Assembly (NCBI GenBank): GCA_963704755.1
Contig: OY969938.1
Span: 4,050,001-4,082,000 of the forward strand
Origin: an uncultured Chloroflexia bacterium
GTDB taxonomy: Bacteria > Chloroflexota > Anaerolineae > Anaerolineales > Anaerolineaceae
Direction of reading: 5' to 3'
Length of the DNA: 32,000 nucleotides
Made by a program: the position numbers and the translations under genes
Notes under the pieces: model-generated
What the model was told of the DNA's origin: nothing
What the model saw: the letters and a program-made list of their open reading frames with translations, nothing else
The model's database searches: none
Part shown: positions 7,375 through 15,802 of the stretch, piece after piece
Layout: every line of letters begins with the position of its first letter
How positions within the stretch are numbered: the first letter of the stretch is position 1

Positions 7375-9021
7375 ATGGATGATCGGTTAGCCCAAGAATT
7401 GGCGGAATGCCTGGATCTCATCGAAAATTCAGGCGCAAGCCTGGAGGAATGCCTGCGGCGTTTCCCGGAGGATGCTGCTGAACTGGCGACTTACCTGGAA
7501 ACCGTTCTTCAGGTGCATTCCTTCAGTGAATTACAGCCCAGCGAGAGCTTTTCCAGGAATGCTGCCAGTCGGTTGTTGGCCAAACTGCCAGATTATCCGC
7601 GAAAGCCGGTTACCCGACCGGCTGGCCGGCCTGTCCATCCCGCCCGTTTATCCCGGCAGCTCACCTGGATGACGTTGATCACGCTGTTCCTCATCCTGTG
7701 CACGGGTGTGCTGACTGTAAAAGCTGCCGATTACGCCTTACCCGGGCAGATGCTCTACCCGGTTAAAACCACCGTGGAAAATACCCGCCTGGCTTTGAGC
7801 AACGCGAATAATGCCGTTGCGCTTAACCTCCAATTTTCGGAACGCCGCCTGGCGGAGGCAGCCCAGTTGGAAGCCAGCGGTAAATCCGAGCTGATCCCGG
7901 TAACGGTGGCCAATTTCTGGCTGACCCTGGAGCGAGTATCCGCAACTGTCTCTTATTCTCCCCAGACCGCCGGAACCGGCGATGCCGCCCACCTGGCCAA
8001 TTTTACCGGCCTGGTCCAGGGGATGAGCTTGCTGATGAATAGAATGGACCCACAACAGCAAAACCAGGTCGTTCAAACGATGGCCGCCTATTCAACCCCG
8101 CCGGTTGTTTCCAACCAGGAGCCTGCCTTGAATTCCAACTGTGCAGCGGGCCAGACCGACGCGACCGGGAAAGTTATCGCCGAGCAGTACGGCCTGACTT
8201 ACGACGAGGTGATGGGCTGGGTCTGTAATGGTTCCACATACGGAGATATCATCATTGCCCTGGAAGCCAGCAAAAACACCGAATTATCCACCGGCGACTT
8301 GCTGCTACTCAGAGACCAATTGGGAAACTGGGATACGGTTTGGACCAGCTTGCACCGTCTCGATCCAAACCAGCATGGCTCCGAGACAGCCAGCCTGGAT
8401 GGCCAGACCCGCGGCCAGTACTGCCAGGCCAGCGCCCCGCAGCAGCCGGTCGCCGAAAACCTGGCCCAAACTTATGGGGTTTCGTACGAAAATGTCATTA
8501 ATTTGTTCTGCCAGGGATACGGTTTCGGAGAAATCATGCTGGCTTTACAAACGTCTCAGACCGCCAATTTACCGCCGGACAACTTACTCACGCTAAAGAA
8601 TGAAAGCGGAGGCTGGGGCCAGGTATGGCAGGATTTGAACCTGATCGGGAAGGATAAGCCCAAGGCCACCGAGACCGTAACACCTACAGAGGCTGAGCTT
8701 CCCAGTGCGACCTCGACCCCCGGGCCGGAACAGACCAAAGACCTGCCCGCCAACGCCGGCCAGAAGACGAAAGACCCTACCATCCAGCCTACTGAAAAGC
8801 CCACAAAAGCGGTTCCGCCCGGTCAGACCAAGACACCGCCGGGCAAGGAAGCCACGGCTAACGTCAACAAACCGACTGCCAAAGCCACGAATGCCCCGCC
8901 GGGCCAGGAAGCCACGGCCAACGACAACAAACCGACTGCTAAACCCACCAATGCCCCGCCTGGCCAGGAAAAAACCAAAGAAAATTCCACCCCCAAAAGT
9001 ACAAATCCACACAAACCTTGA
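7375..9021 (+). CDS. Membrane-anchored anti-sigma factor-like protein with a DUF5667-like segment, two copies of a ~58-aa Cys-containing domain and a repetitive Pro/Thr/Lys tail
   Basis: Starts 3 nt after the sigma gene stop. The N-terminal cytoplasmic segment is followed by a TM helix (LTWMTLITLFLILCTGVLTV). YPVKTTVENTRLAL...LQFSERRLAEA resembles DUF5667. Internal duplication at 8179-8352 and 8464-8647. Confidence 0.7.
   Translation: MDDRLAQELAECLDLIENSGASLEECLRRFPEDAAELATYLETVLQVHSFSELQPSESFSRNAASRLLAKLPDYPRKPVTRPAGRPVHPARLSRQLTWMTLITLFLILCTGVLTVKAADYALPGQMLYPVKTTVENTRLALSNANNAVALNLQFSERRLAEAAQLEASGKSELIPVTVANFWLTLERVSATVSYSPQTAGTGDAAHLANFTGLVQGMSLLMNRMDPQQQNQVVQTMAAYSTPPVVSNQEPALNSNCAAGQTDATGKVIAEQYGLTYDEVMGWVCNGSTYGDIIIALEASKNTELSTGDLLLLRDQLGNWDTVWTSLHRLDPNQHGSETASLDGQTRGQYCQASAPQQPVAENLAQTYGVSYENVINLFCQGYGFGEIMLALQTSQTANLPPDNLLTLKNESGGWGQVWQDLNLIGKDKPKATETVTPTEAELPSATSTPGPEQTKDLPANAGQKTKDPTIQPTEKPTKAVPPGQTKTPPGKEATANVNKPTAKATNAPPGQEATANDNKPTAKPTNAPPGQEKTKENSTPKSTNPHKP
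8836..8970 (+). repeat. 60-bp in-frame tandem repeat (about 2.2 copies) in the anti-sigma C-terminal tail
   Basis: CCGCCGGGCAAGGAAGCCACGGCTAACGTCAACAAACCGACTGCCAAAGCCACGAATGCC (8836-8895) is repeated at 8896-8955 with a few substitutions, and partially again at 8956-8970. It encodes PPG(K/Q)EATAN(V/D)NKPTAK(A/P)TNA. Confidence 0.85.
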
Positions 9022-9280
9022 GTGGTTTTTTTTGCTTTTATCTCCCTAAACGCCGGCGCTGACGATCCCCCTCGATCGCTCAGCGCCGGACTGTTTAGGA
9101 AACCTGGCGATTTGTTGACCGACGGTTCCACGGCTAACACTGATCTATTCCCGCTTTCTCTGCCTTCCCACCTTCATTGTTTTCCCATTTTCCCCAATTT
9201 CCTGATTCCCTTTTTGCCTTATTACTTATTGCCTGATTACTAATCCACTACTCTCTATTCTCTCTTCTCCGCCCTTTCCT

Positions 9281-9289
9281 TGATATAAT
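9281..9289 (+). promoter_or_regulatory. Extended -10 promoter element (TGATATAAT) upstream of thrS
   Basis: TGA+TATAAT at 9281-9289, then GGAGGTG (9301-9307) and ATG 9312. The -35 is poor. Confidence 0.45.
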
Positions 9290-9311
9290 TCACCTGTTAC
9301 GGAGGTGAAGC

Positions 9312-11123
9312 ATGGCTCAAGACCCGCAAGAACGCTATCAGGACAGCGACCTTTATCGCATTCGTCATTCGCTGGCCCACATTATGGCCCAGGCGGTTAT
9401 GGAAATGATGCCGGAGGCCAAATATACCATTGGCCCACCGATTGAAAACGGCTTTTATTATGATTTCGATCTTCCGCGTACCTTGACTCCCGAGGACCTG
9501 GAAAAAATCGAAAAACGCATGCGCCAGATTATCGCCGGGCGGCACGATTTCGTGCGCAAGGTCGTCAGCGCAGACGATGCGCGCCAGATCTTCAAAGACC
9601 AACCCTATAAACTGGAGCTGATCGATAACCTGGAAAAGGGGGAGACGGACGAACACGGCAACCCCCTGAGTGAAAAACCGGAAATCTCGATTTACACCTC
9701 CGACACCTTTGTGGACCTGTGCCGCGGCCCGCACGTGCAAAATACCTCGCAGATCAATCCCTCGGCCTTCAAGCTGATGAGCGTGGCCGGCGCTTACTGG
9801 CGCGGCGACGAAAAGAATGCCATGCTGCAGCGCATCTACGCGACTGCCTGGCATAACAAGGACGAGCTCAACCAGTACCTGCAAATGCTGGAAGAGGCCA
9901 AACGGCGCGACCACCGCAAGCTGGGCAAGGACCTGGAGATCTTTATCTTCGACGATGAAGTCGGCCCTGGCCTGCCGCTATGGCTGCCTCGCGGCGGCAT
10001 TCTGATCGAAGAGCTGGAAAAGCTGGCCAAGGAAAAGGAAGAAGAAGCCGGCTACGACCGGGTACGAACGCCTAACCTGACCAAGGAAGACCTGTTCTTA
10101 CGCAGCGGTCACCTGCCTTACTACGCCGAGAGTATGTATCCGCCCATGGAACTGGAAGGCGTGCGCTATTACGTCAAGCCGATGAACTGCCCCTTCCACC
10201 ACAAGATCTTTGCCAGCAAACCGCGCAGCTACCGCGACCTGCCCGTCCGCCTGGCCGAGTATGGCACCTGCTACCGCTACGAAAAGAGCGGTGAGCTGTT
10301 CGGGCTAATGCGGGTGCGCTCGATGCAGATGAACGACGCCCACATCTACTGCGCTGAAGACCAGTTCGAGCAGGAATTCATGGGTGTAATCGACCTGTAC
10401 CGTATCTATTTCGACCTGTTCGGTATCGAAAAATTCGTCATGCGCTTCAGCACCCATCACGCCAAGGGCCTGGGCAAGAAGTATGTGGATAACGAACGCC
10501 TGTGGCTGAAGACCGAAGATATGGTCCGCCGGGCCATGCAGAACGGCGGTGTGCCTTTCGTTGAAGTGGCCGATGAAGCCGCTTTTTACGGCCCCAAGAT
10601 CGATGTGCAGATCTGGAGCGCCATCGGCCGCGAATTCACCCTGGCCACCAACCAGGTTGATTTTGCCGTGCCCGAACGTTTCAACCTGACCTTTGTCAAC
10701 CGCAATGGCGAAGATGAAACCCCGCTGTGCATCCACCGCGCGCCGCTTTCTACCCATGAACGCATGGTGGGCTTCCTGTTGGAGCATTACGCTGGTAACT
10801 TCCCGGTCTGGCTGTCACCGGACCAGGTCAGCATCATCCCGATCACCGACTCGCATAACGATTTCGCCGTGCAACTGCAGAAACGCATGCGGGCAGCCGG
10901 CATCCGCGCCAAAGCCGACCTGGGCTCCGAGCGCATGAACGCCAAGATCCGCAATGCGCAATTGTTCAAAGTGCCCTACATGGCCGTCATTGGCGATCAG
11001 GAAATGGCCAACAACACGGTAGCCCTGCGCAAACGGGATGGCTCCCGCCAGAACGACCTGCCGATTGAGGAATTCATCCAGCAGGTTAGCCAGCGTATCA
11101 AAACCCGCTCGGCAGACTTATGA
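9312..11123 (+). CDS. thrS: Threonine--tRNA ligase (short form lacking the N-terminal TGS domain)
   Basis: 603 aa. Editing-domain motifs: RHSLAHIMAQAV and DLCRGPH. Class II catalytic core: RDHRKLGKDLEIF, MNCPFHHKIF, YRYEKSGELFGLMRVRSMQMNDAH. Anticodon-binding C-terminus. Confidence 0.95.
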   Translation: MAQDPQERYQDSDLYRIRHSLAHIMAQAVMEMMPEAKYTIGPPIENGFYYDFDLPRTLTPEDLEKIEKRMRQIIAGRHDFVRKVVSADDARQIFKDQPYKLELIDNLEKGETDEHGNPLSEKPEISIYTSDTFVDLCRGPHVQNTSQINPSAFKLMSVAGAYWRGDEKNAMLQRIYATAWHNKDELNQYLQMLEEAKRRDHRKLGKDLEIFIFDDEVGPGLPLWLPRGGILIEELEKLAKEKEEEAGYDRVRTPNLTKEDLFLRSGHLPYYAESMYPPMELEGVRYYVKPMNCPFHHKIFASKPRSYRDLPVRLAEYGTCYRYEKSGELFGLMRVRSMQMNDAHIYCAEDQFEQEFMGVIDLYRIYFDLFGIEKFVMRFSTHHAKGLGKKYVDNERLWLKTEDMVRRAMQNGGVPFVEVADEAAFYGPKIDVQIWSAIGREFTLATNQVDFAVPERFNLTFVNRNGEDETPLCIHRAPLSTHERMVGFLLEHYAGNFPVWLSPDQVSIIPITDSHNDFAVQLQKRMRAAGIRAKADLGSERMNAKIRNAQLFKVPYMAVIGDQEMANNTVALRKRDGSRQNDLPIEEFIQQVSQRIKTRSADL

Positions 11124-11154
11124 TTTTAACTACCCGGGTCATGTAAAATAGTCC

Positions 11155-11220
11155 CCGAATTTGAGGTGTTTGCGCGGGCGTTGCCCGTGCAAACACCTCA
11201 AATTCGGATTTCTTTCTGGG
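11155..11220. repeat. Palindromic element of the same family as 1779-1845
   Basis: CCGAATTTGAGGTGTTTGC...GCAAACACCTCAAATTCGG (11155-11207). The GC-rich tip pairs GCGGGC with GCCCGT (includes one G-U pair). Tail: ATTTCTTTCTGGG. Confidence 0.85.
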
Positions 11221-11244
11221 TGGGTTTAGTAATTATCCCGACCT

Positions 11245-11282
11245 AAAATCAGCGAACCGTGTTCAAGGTTCGCTGATTTTTT
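11245..11282. terminator. Bidirectional intrinsic terminator between thrS (+) and the TMEM175-like gene (-)
   Basis: AAAATCAGCGAACC (11245-11258) pairs with GGTTCGCTGATTTT (11267-11280). A-run and T-run sit on either side. It overlaps the last codons of the minus-strand gene. Confidence 0.7.
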
Positions 11283-11874
11283 CTTCCTGCTGGATCAACC
11301 GTTCGATGCGCCGGTCAGGAATCAGCCACATCGCAGACACGACTGCATAGAGCGCCACGGCCATCCAGGGGTAATAAAAAATGGCCAGCAAGATGGCCAC
11401 CGCATAAATCACCACTGAAATAATGCCCTTGAAATCGCCGCCGACGGCTTTGGCCAGCAACGATTCGCGCCCGTGCAGGCGGATCAGGGTATGGGTAAGC
11501 AAAAAATAGGCAATCGCAGAGAGCAGCAAAACTCCGCCATACACCGCCACCGGCAGGGCGGAAAAATGGTTTTCACCCATCCAGGCCGTGACAAAGGGCA
11601 CCAGGGTAAGCCAGAAGAGCAGGTGCAGGTTGGCCCACAACACCAGGCCGTTGACGTGTTTGACCAACTGGTACAGGTGATGGTGATTGTTCCAATAGAT
11701 GCTCAGGAATACAAAGCTGAGCAGGTAGCTCAAGAAGATGGGCACCTGCGGGCGTAAAGCCGACAAGTCGTCCCCCAAAGGGATTTTTAGTTCCAGAACC
11801 ATGATGGTAATAATGATGGCGATCACCCCATCACTAAATGTCTCCAACCTGCTTTTTCCCATAGGCTGCCCCAT
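11263..11874 (-). CDS. TMEM175-family (DUF1211) potassium channel
   Basis: Hallmark N-terminal RLETFSDGVIAIIITIMVLEL motif and six hydrophobic helices. Confidence 0.85.
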   Translation of the reverse strand: MGQPMGKSRLETFSDGVIAIIITIMVLELKIPLGDDLSALRPQVPIFLSYLLSFVFLSIYWNNHHHLYQLVKHVNGLVLWANLHLLFWLTLVPFVTAWMGENHFSALPVAVYGGVLLLSAIAYFLLTHTLIRLHGRESLLAKAVGGDFKGIISVVIYAVAILLAIFYYPWMAVALYAVVSAMWLIPDRRIERLIQQEEKISEP

Positions 11875-12070
11875 TTCGAAGTTTGCCGGCCCACCATTCT
11901 GGTGAGCTGCGAATAATGTACTAATATGCTCTATTTTATACGAAATGTTCCGTAAATATATTTATTCTACCTAAGAGGGTGTTGAAAAACTCGCCGCCCT
12001 TTAAGGGGCGGAGCTGGGGGTGGGGTCCCGAACGAGATATGGTCAAACTACTCAGCTACCCCAAAAGAGA

Positions 12071-12125
12071 GGGGTGTTTTATTATTTTTCGCGTGCAAAG
12101 CACGCGAAAAATAATAAAACACCCC
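12071..12125. repeat. 26-bp perfect palindrome with a 3-nt loop
   Basis: GGGGTGTTTTATTATTTTTCGCGTGC (12071-12096), AAA, GCACGCGAAAAATAATAAAACACCCC (12100-12125). Confidence 0.85.
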
Positions 12126-12183
12126 AGTATTATGATTTAGCTTCGGCAGTAACTTTTATTAGTTAATTTATTGGGCATTAAAG

Positions 12184-12222
12184 GTAGAGGCTGTCTCGAA
12201 AGAAATTCGAGACAGCCTCTAC
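12184..12222 (-). terminator. Hairpin downstream of the arylsulfotransferase-like gene (probable terminator)
   Basis: GTAGAGGCTGTCTCGAA (12184-12200) pairs with TTCGAGACAGCCTCTAC (12206-12222). On the minus strand it is followed by CCTTTAATG, only a weak T-run. Confidence 0.5.
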
Positions 12223-12263
12223 TCTTCAAACCTGTGCTACGCCGGAAGAACCGGCTTTTGCGA

Positions 12264-14078
12264 TCAAGATGAAAGCGGGCACTTCACCGCATCGGTCGAG
12301 ATCACCTGGGAGGGGGTCATCTCTTTCCCATTCTTGTCCACCGGCACTACCTGGAAGTAGCATTCCGCTGCCGGCAGGTCGCTGAACTGCGACTGGGTTT
12401 CGAATCCGGCCTTGTCCTTCTGCTCGAGCTGGGTGAGCGCATCCGCCGATTCGCCGCCCAGGACCTCGTAGCCGGCCACGTCGGTCGCGCCGTTCCAGGA
12501 ATAGCCCAGGGTCAACGTGCCGTTATCTTCCTTGTAGGCCAGGTCTGGCGGGGTGAGCGGGTCGCCTTGCCAGGGAAAGCGGAAAGCCCGGTAGCTGACG
12601 AAGGGTTCATCGAAAGCCAGCTCGAAAACGGTCTGGTTATCCGGCGTGACCTCGGTGATATTGGCGTAAGAAAAACCCGTATCGGTCGAGGGTGCGCCCC
12701 AATCCATCAAGGTGTTGCCGTTGGGCAGGCGTTGGGTGTCACCCATATAAGTGGCAAACACGGGTGGATCGTGCGAGAACTCCCAGACCTTCGTGGCGGT
12801 TTTCTGATTGACATCCAGTTTGTATTCTACGCCGCGTGAAGCGCCCGGGTGATCGAGGTTATCGAACACAGTAATTTCCCCATCCCCGATCACGGTCACA
12901 TCATGCTGGTGGCCAAACGGCACATCATTGGCGAAGGTGAACTGGTTTGCTTTGCCACCTAGCCGCCACATGATCTCGCCGGTTTGCAGGTTGATTTTGG
13001 TAATCTCACTCAGGTTCCGGCTGGAAAGCAGGATATTCCCGTCGGTATCCACGCTGAGCGCGTTGCCGTGGTCGTAATCGACCGTGTCGCCGGTCAGGGC
13101 TGTGCCCGAATCCGTGAAGGGAATATGGTCCCAACTGCGCCACTCGAAAATGACGTTCTTATCCGGGTCCAATTCCTGGATGACCGTCCCGATCACGGTC
13201 GCGTTGGTTTTGCCACCGGCGACATACTGGCTCATATCCACAGTTTGCGAATCGGCCACCAGCAGCAGCGCATTCCCATTGGGCAACAACTGGAAGTCGT
13301 GCAGATCGGCTTCGTAGCCATTGCCGGCCTGGAACGAATCGACGACCTGGTAATGCGAATCCATCAGATAGAAGGTCGAATCGGCCTGGCTGTAATACGA
13401 GAGCATCCCATTGGGCTGGAGCTTGAAATCGTAGGTGGAAATATCATCCTGGACCGATTTGTAATAGACGATTTGGCCCTGGTTGTCCAGAATGAGCAGG
13501 TACGATCCCTCGTCCGGGTGAACCCATTCATAAGGCGCGACGAAGATATAGCCATCCCCGGTCTCATCCGGCGTAGACGTGACCGTGTAATGGGGAATAT
13601 CCTGGGGAAGGGTCAAATCATCCGGGAAGGCCACTTTCATGGCCGGCTTGGAAGCCGCATCCCCCGATTGAGATTGGCCCGGCGCACCGGATTTCTGGTC
13701 GACCCCGATGGTAAACGAAAACGAATACGGTTTCTCCACGGGATCATTCGTTGGCGTAACGATACCGATTTTCGCTTTGACCGTTTCGCCGGGTGTGAAC
13801 GGCTGGTCCGGGGTAAAGATGATGGTTTTCTGGTCGTCGGCAAGGATGGTCTTGCCCTCGTGCGGGCCACTTAGCGAGCCCTCCGCGGTGAACTGCACCG
13901 ATGAAAGGATGTCCTTATTGAGTGTAGGGCCATAGCGGATGGCGATCGTTGTGCCCGTAGACACAAATTTTGCTCCTGGCATGGGAGAAATGTATTGCGC
14001 GCTGGTCGATGTACAGGCCGCGGCCAGGCCAAGCAATAACATTCCAATGAAGCCAGCCAGTAAAGACAGGTACCTCAT
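12264..14078 (-). CDS. Arylsulfotransferase (ASST)-like beta-propeller lipoprotein with an N-terminal Ig-like segment
   Basis: Lipobox LGLAAAC. HDFQLLPNGNALLL and DYDHGNALSVDTDGNILLSSRNLSEITKINLQTGEIMWRLGG resemble ASST family motifs. AGGAGG lies upstream of the ATG. Confidence 0.7.
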   Translation of the reverse strand: MRYLSLLAGFIGMLLLGLAAACTSTSAQYISPMPGAKFVSTGTTIAIRYGPTLNKDILSSVQFTAEGSLSGPHEGKTILADDQKTIIFTPDQPFTPGETVKAKIGIVTPTNDPVEKPYSFSFTIGVDQKSGAPGQSQSGDAASKPAMKVAFPDDLTLPQDIPHYTVTSTPDETGDGYIFVAPYEWVHPDEGSYLLILDNQGQIVYYKSVQDDISTYDFKLQPNGMLSYYSQADSTFYLMDSHYQVVDSFQAGNGYEADLHDFQLLPNGNALLLVADSQTVDMSQYVAGGKTNATVIGTVIQELDPDKNVIFEWRSWDHIPFTDSGTALTGDTVDYDHGNALSVDTDGNILLSSRNLSEITKINLQTGEIMWRLGGKANQFTFANDVPFGHQHDVTVIGDGEITVFDNLDHPGASRGVEYKLDVNQKTATKVWEFSHDPPVFATYMGDTQRLPNGNTLMDWGAPSTDTGFSYANITEVTPDNQTVFELAFDEPFVSYRAFRFPWQGDPLTPPDLAYKEDNGTLTLGYSWNGATDVAGYEVLGGESADALTQLEQKDKAGFETQSQFSDLPAAECYFQVVPVDKNGKEMTPSQVISTDAVKCPLSS

Positions 14079-14717
14079 TGAAGCCTCCTCCTTTTTTATT
14101 TTTCTCTTCTGGTTTCTATCATCTCAGGCTTGCGCAAGAAATTCAGGGATTCGGCCCGGCAGCCGGGGAGTCAATTCCGGGATTAAGAGCAATTGGCCTG
14201 ACTAAACAATCGCCGTGTAGATTCATGGCGGACCTTTAAGCGTTTTCAGGCGCGCTAAAAAATCGAAAACTCAATCAAAAAGACGCTTTTTTGATTGCAC
14301 TCTATCGATTGACAATGCAGGATATTGCATTGTCAGGAGAGTATGTCGATTTTTCAACCCGCCAATATCTGAATCCGACCTGTTGTTCTCTCAAAATTTC
14401 TATTTACTAAAAAGAAGGGCATTACCAATAAATTTATGTCCATTCTTTTATTTTCCCTTCTTGAAAAGGGCAAAACTGGTCATTACCCGGTCTTCTTTGC
14501 GCAGTAAAAAATGATATGTAGTATACCACCGCTGGAAAAAATACATTATTTTTTACAGTCTGCCCGCTGCTCCTGGGCATAGGCTGTGAAAGTGGTTGAT
14601 AAGCGCTCGAGACGCCAGGATTTGCATCACCGAGCGACAGGATGAGCTGAGAAAAAAGGGATCGTGCCGAATTTTGTGGTTCGAAAATTAACCACCCTTT
14701 TGGATTTTCCAATTTCG

Positions 14718-14746
14718 TTGACACTGATATACTGATTGCAAAGAAT
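14718..14746 (+). promoter_or_regulatory. Candidate sigma-70 promoter of the membrane-protein trio
   Basis: TTGACA (14718-14723), 17-nt spacer, AAGAAT (14741-14746). The ATG is at 14770, with GGGGGA upstream. Confidence 0.3.
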
Positions 14747-14769
14747 AGAATCCCAATACCAGGGGGACA

Positions 14770-15765
14770 ATGCGGAAATCACTTTCCTTCATCAAAGCCA
14801 TCAAATGGTGGACATTTGCGATCGGTTTTCTTTCAGGGCTTTTGGCTTTTTTGTTACTTCTGCGGAGTGGAAATTTAGCGGGGGATTTTACCTGGTCGTT
14901 ACGGGCTGCCCACAATTTGCTCAATGGCCAGAATCCGTATTTGGCGATAACGCCTGCGGGTGCCTATCCATTCGATGATTATTTTTATTATCCGTTGCCA
15001 GCGGCCTTAATTTCCATTCCTTTTGGATTTTTTTCGCCCTACCTGGCCGGAGCGATCTTCTTTGGGATAAGCTCCGGAATTCTGGCGTTTTCGATGCAGT
15101 CGCAACCCTGGCGATTACCGGTATTTCTCAGCGCGCCTTTTTTTGTCTCGGCTGAAGTGGCGCAGTGGGGGCCGTTGATCATGGCGTCGGCGCTTTTGCC
15201 GGCTGCCTTTGGCGCGATGGCCATCCTCAAACCCACCCTGGGCCTGATTTCTTTCTCTTACCGGCCTACCTGGAAGGCAATCAAGATCGGGTTGATTATT
15301 TTTGTCCTATCGCTGGTGATTCTCCCAAGCTGGCCTCTGGATTATTACCAGCCCTCGCGGCATTCGGTTGAAAGCGGGCGCTATTTAATTCCGCTTTTAT
15401 CGTTGGGTGGCCCGGTTTTGATTTTGTCCATTCTGCGCTGGAGAACGCCCGAGGGCCGGCTATTGCTGGTTTCATCCATCTTGCCGCGTAATCCATATTG
15501 GTATGACGGGTTATTGTTGTGGCTCATTCCGAAGAACCTGCGGCAATCGCTCTGCCTGTCTTTATTAAGCTGGATCGCATATATTGGTTGGTGGCTGGTC
15601 CAGACTACCCGGCCGCCGGACCCGAAAGCTTTTTTCGCAATGCCCTGGCAGGTCGGGTTGATTTATATTCCTGCTCTGGTAATGATCTTGTGGCCGCAGC
15701 ATTCAAGCCAGACCGCAAACTCATTGGAATTAAACCAAAGCGAAAAGAAAATTTCCAAAACGTAA
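14770..15765 (+). CDS. Polytopic membrane protein, DUF2029/GT87-like (GT-C fold glycosyltransferase candidate)
   Basis: About 9-10 TM helices. The N-terminal GDFTWSLRAAHNLLNGQNPY resembles the DUF2029 first-loop motif. The assignment is tentative. Confidence 0.5.
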   Translation: MRKSLSFIKAIKWWTFAIGFLSGLLAFLLLLRSGNLAGDFTWSLRAAHNLLNGQNPYLAITPAGAYPFDDYFYYPLPAALISIPFGFFSPYLAGAIFFGISSGILAFSMQSQPWRLPVFLSAPFFVSAEVAQWGPLIMASALLPAAFGAMAILKPTLGLISFSYRPTWKAIKIGLIIFVLSLVILPSWPLDYYQPSRHSVESGRYLIPLLSLGGPVLILSILRWRTPEGRLLLVSSILPRNPYWYDGLLLWLIPKNLRQSLCLSLLSWIAYIGWWLVQTTRPPDPKAFFAMPWQVGLIYIPALVMILWPQHSSQTANSLELNQSEKKISKT

Positions 15766-15802
15766 AATTCGATTACAAACCGATTCGCTATGAGTGGAAA
15801 AC

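Noticed and set aside
9022-9311. T-box or other leader riboswitch upstream of thrS
   Set aside because: The tract is G-poor polypyrimidine, which is incompatible with T-box stems. No specifier or T-box sequence is recognisable.
9312-11123. ThrRS lacking the TGS domain, considered as an anomaly
   Set aside because: The protein starts at the editing-domain HxxxH motif but is otherwise complete. Short ThrRS forms without TGS are, to my knowledge, common in several phyla, so this is not unusual enough to flag.
12984-13874. 296-aa plus-strand ORF antisense to the arylsulfotransferase-like gene
   Set aside because: It is a shadow ORF inside a well-supported minus-strand gene. The translation is Arg/Ile/Gly-rich and shows no motifs.
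14673-14695. tRNA-like GGTTCGAAA T-loop word
   Set aside because: No acceptor, D or anticodon arms can be drawn around it. I found no tRNA gene anywhere in the window.
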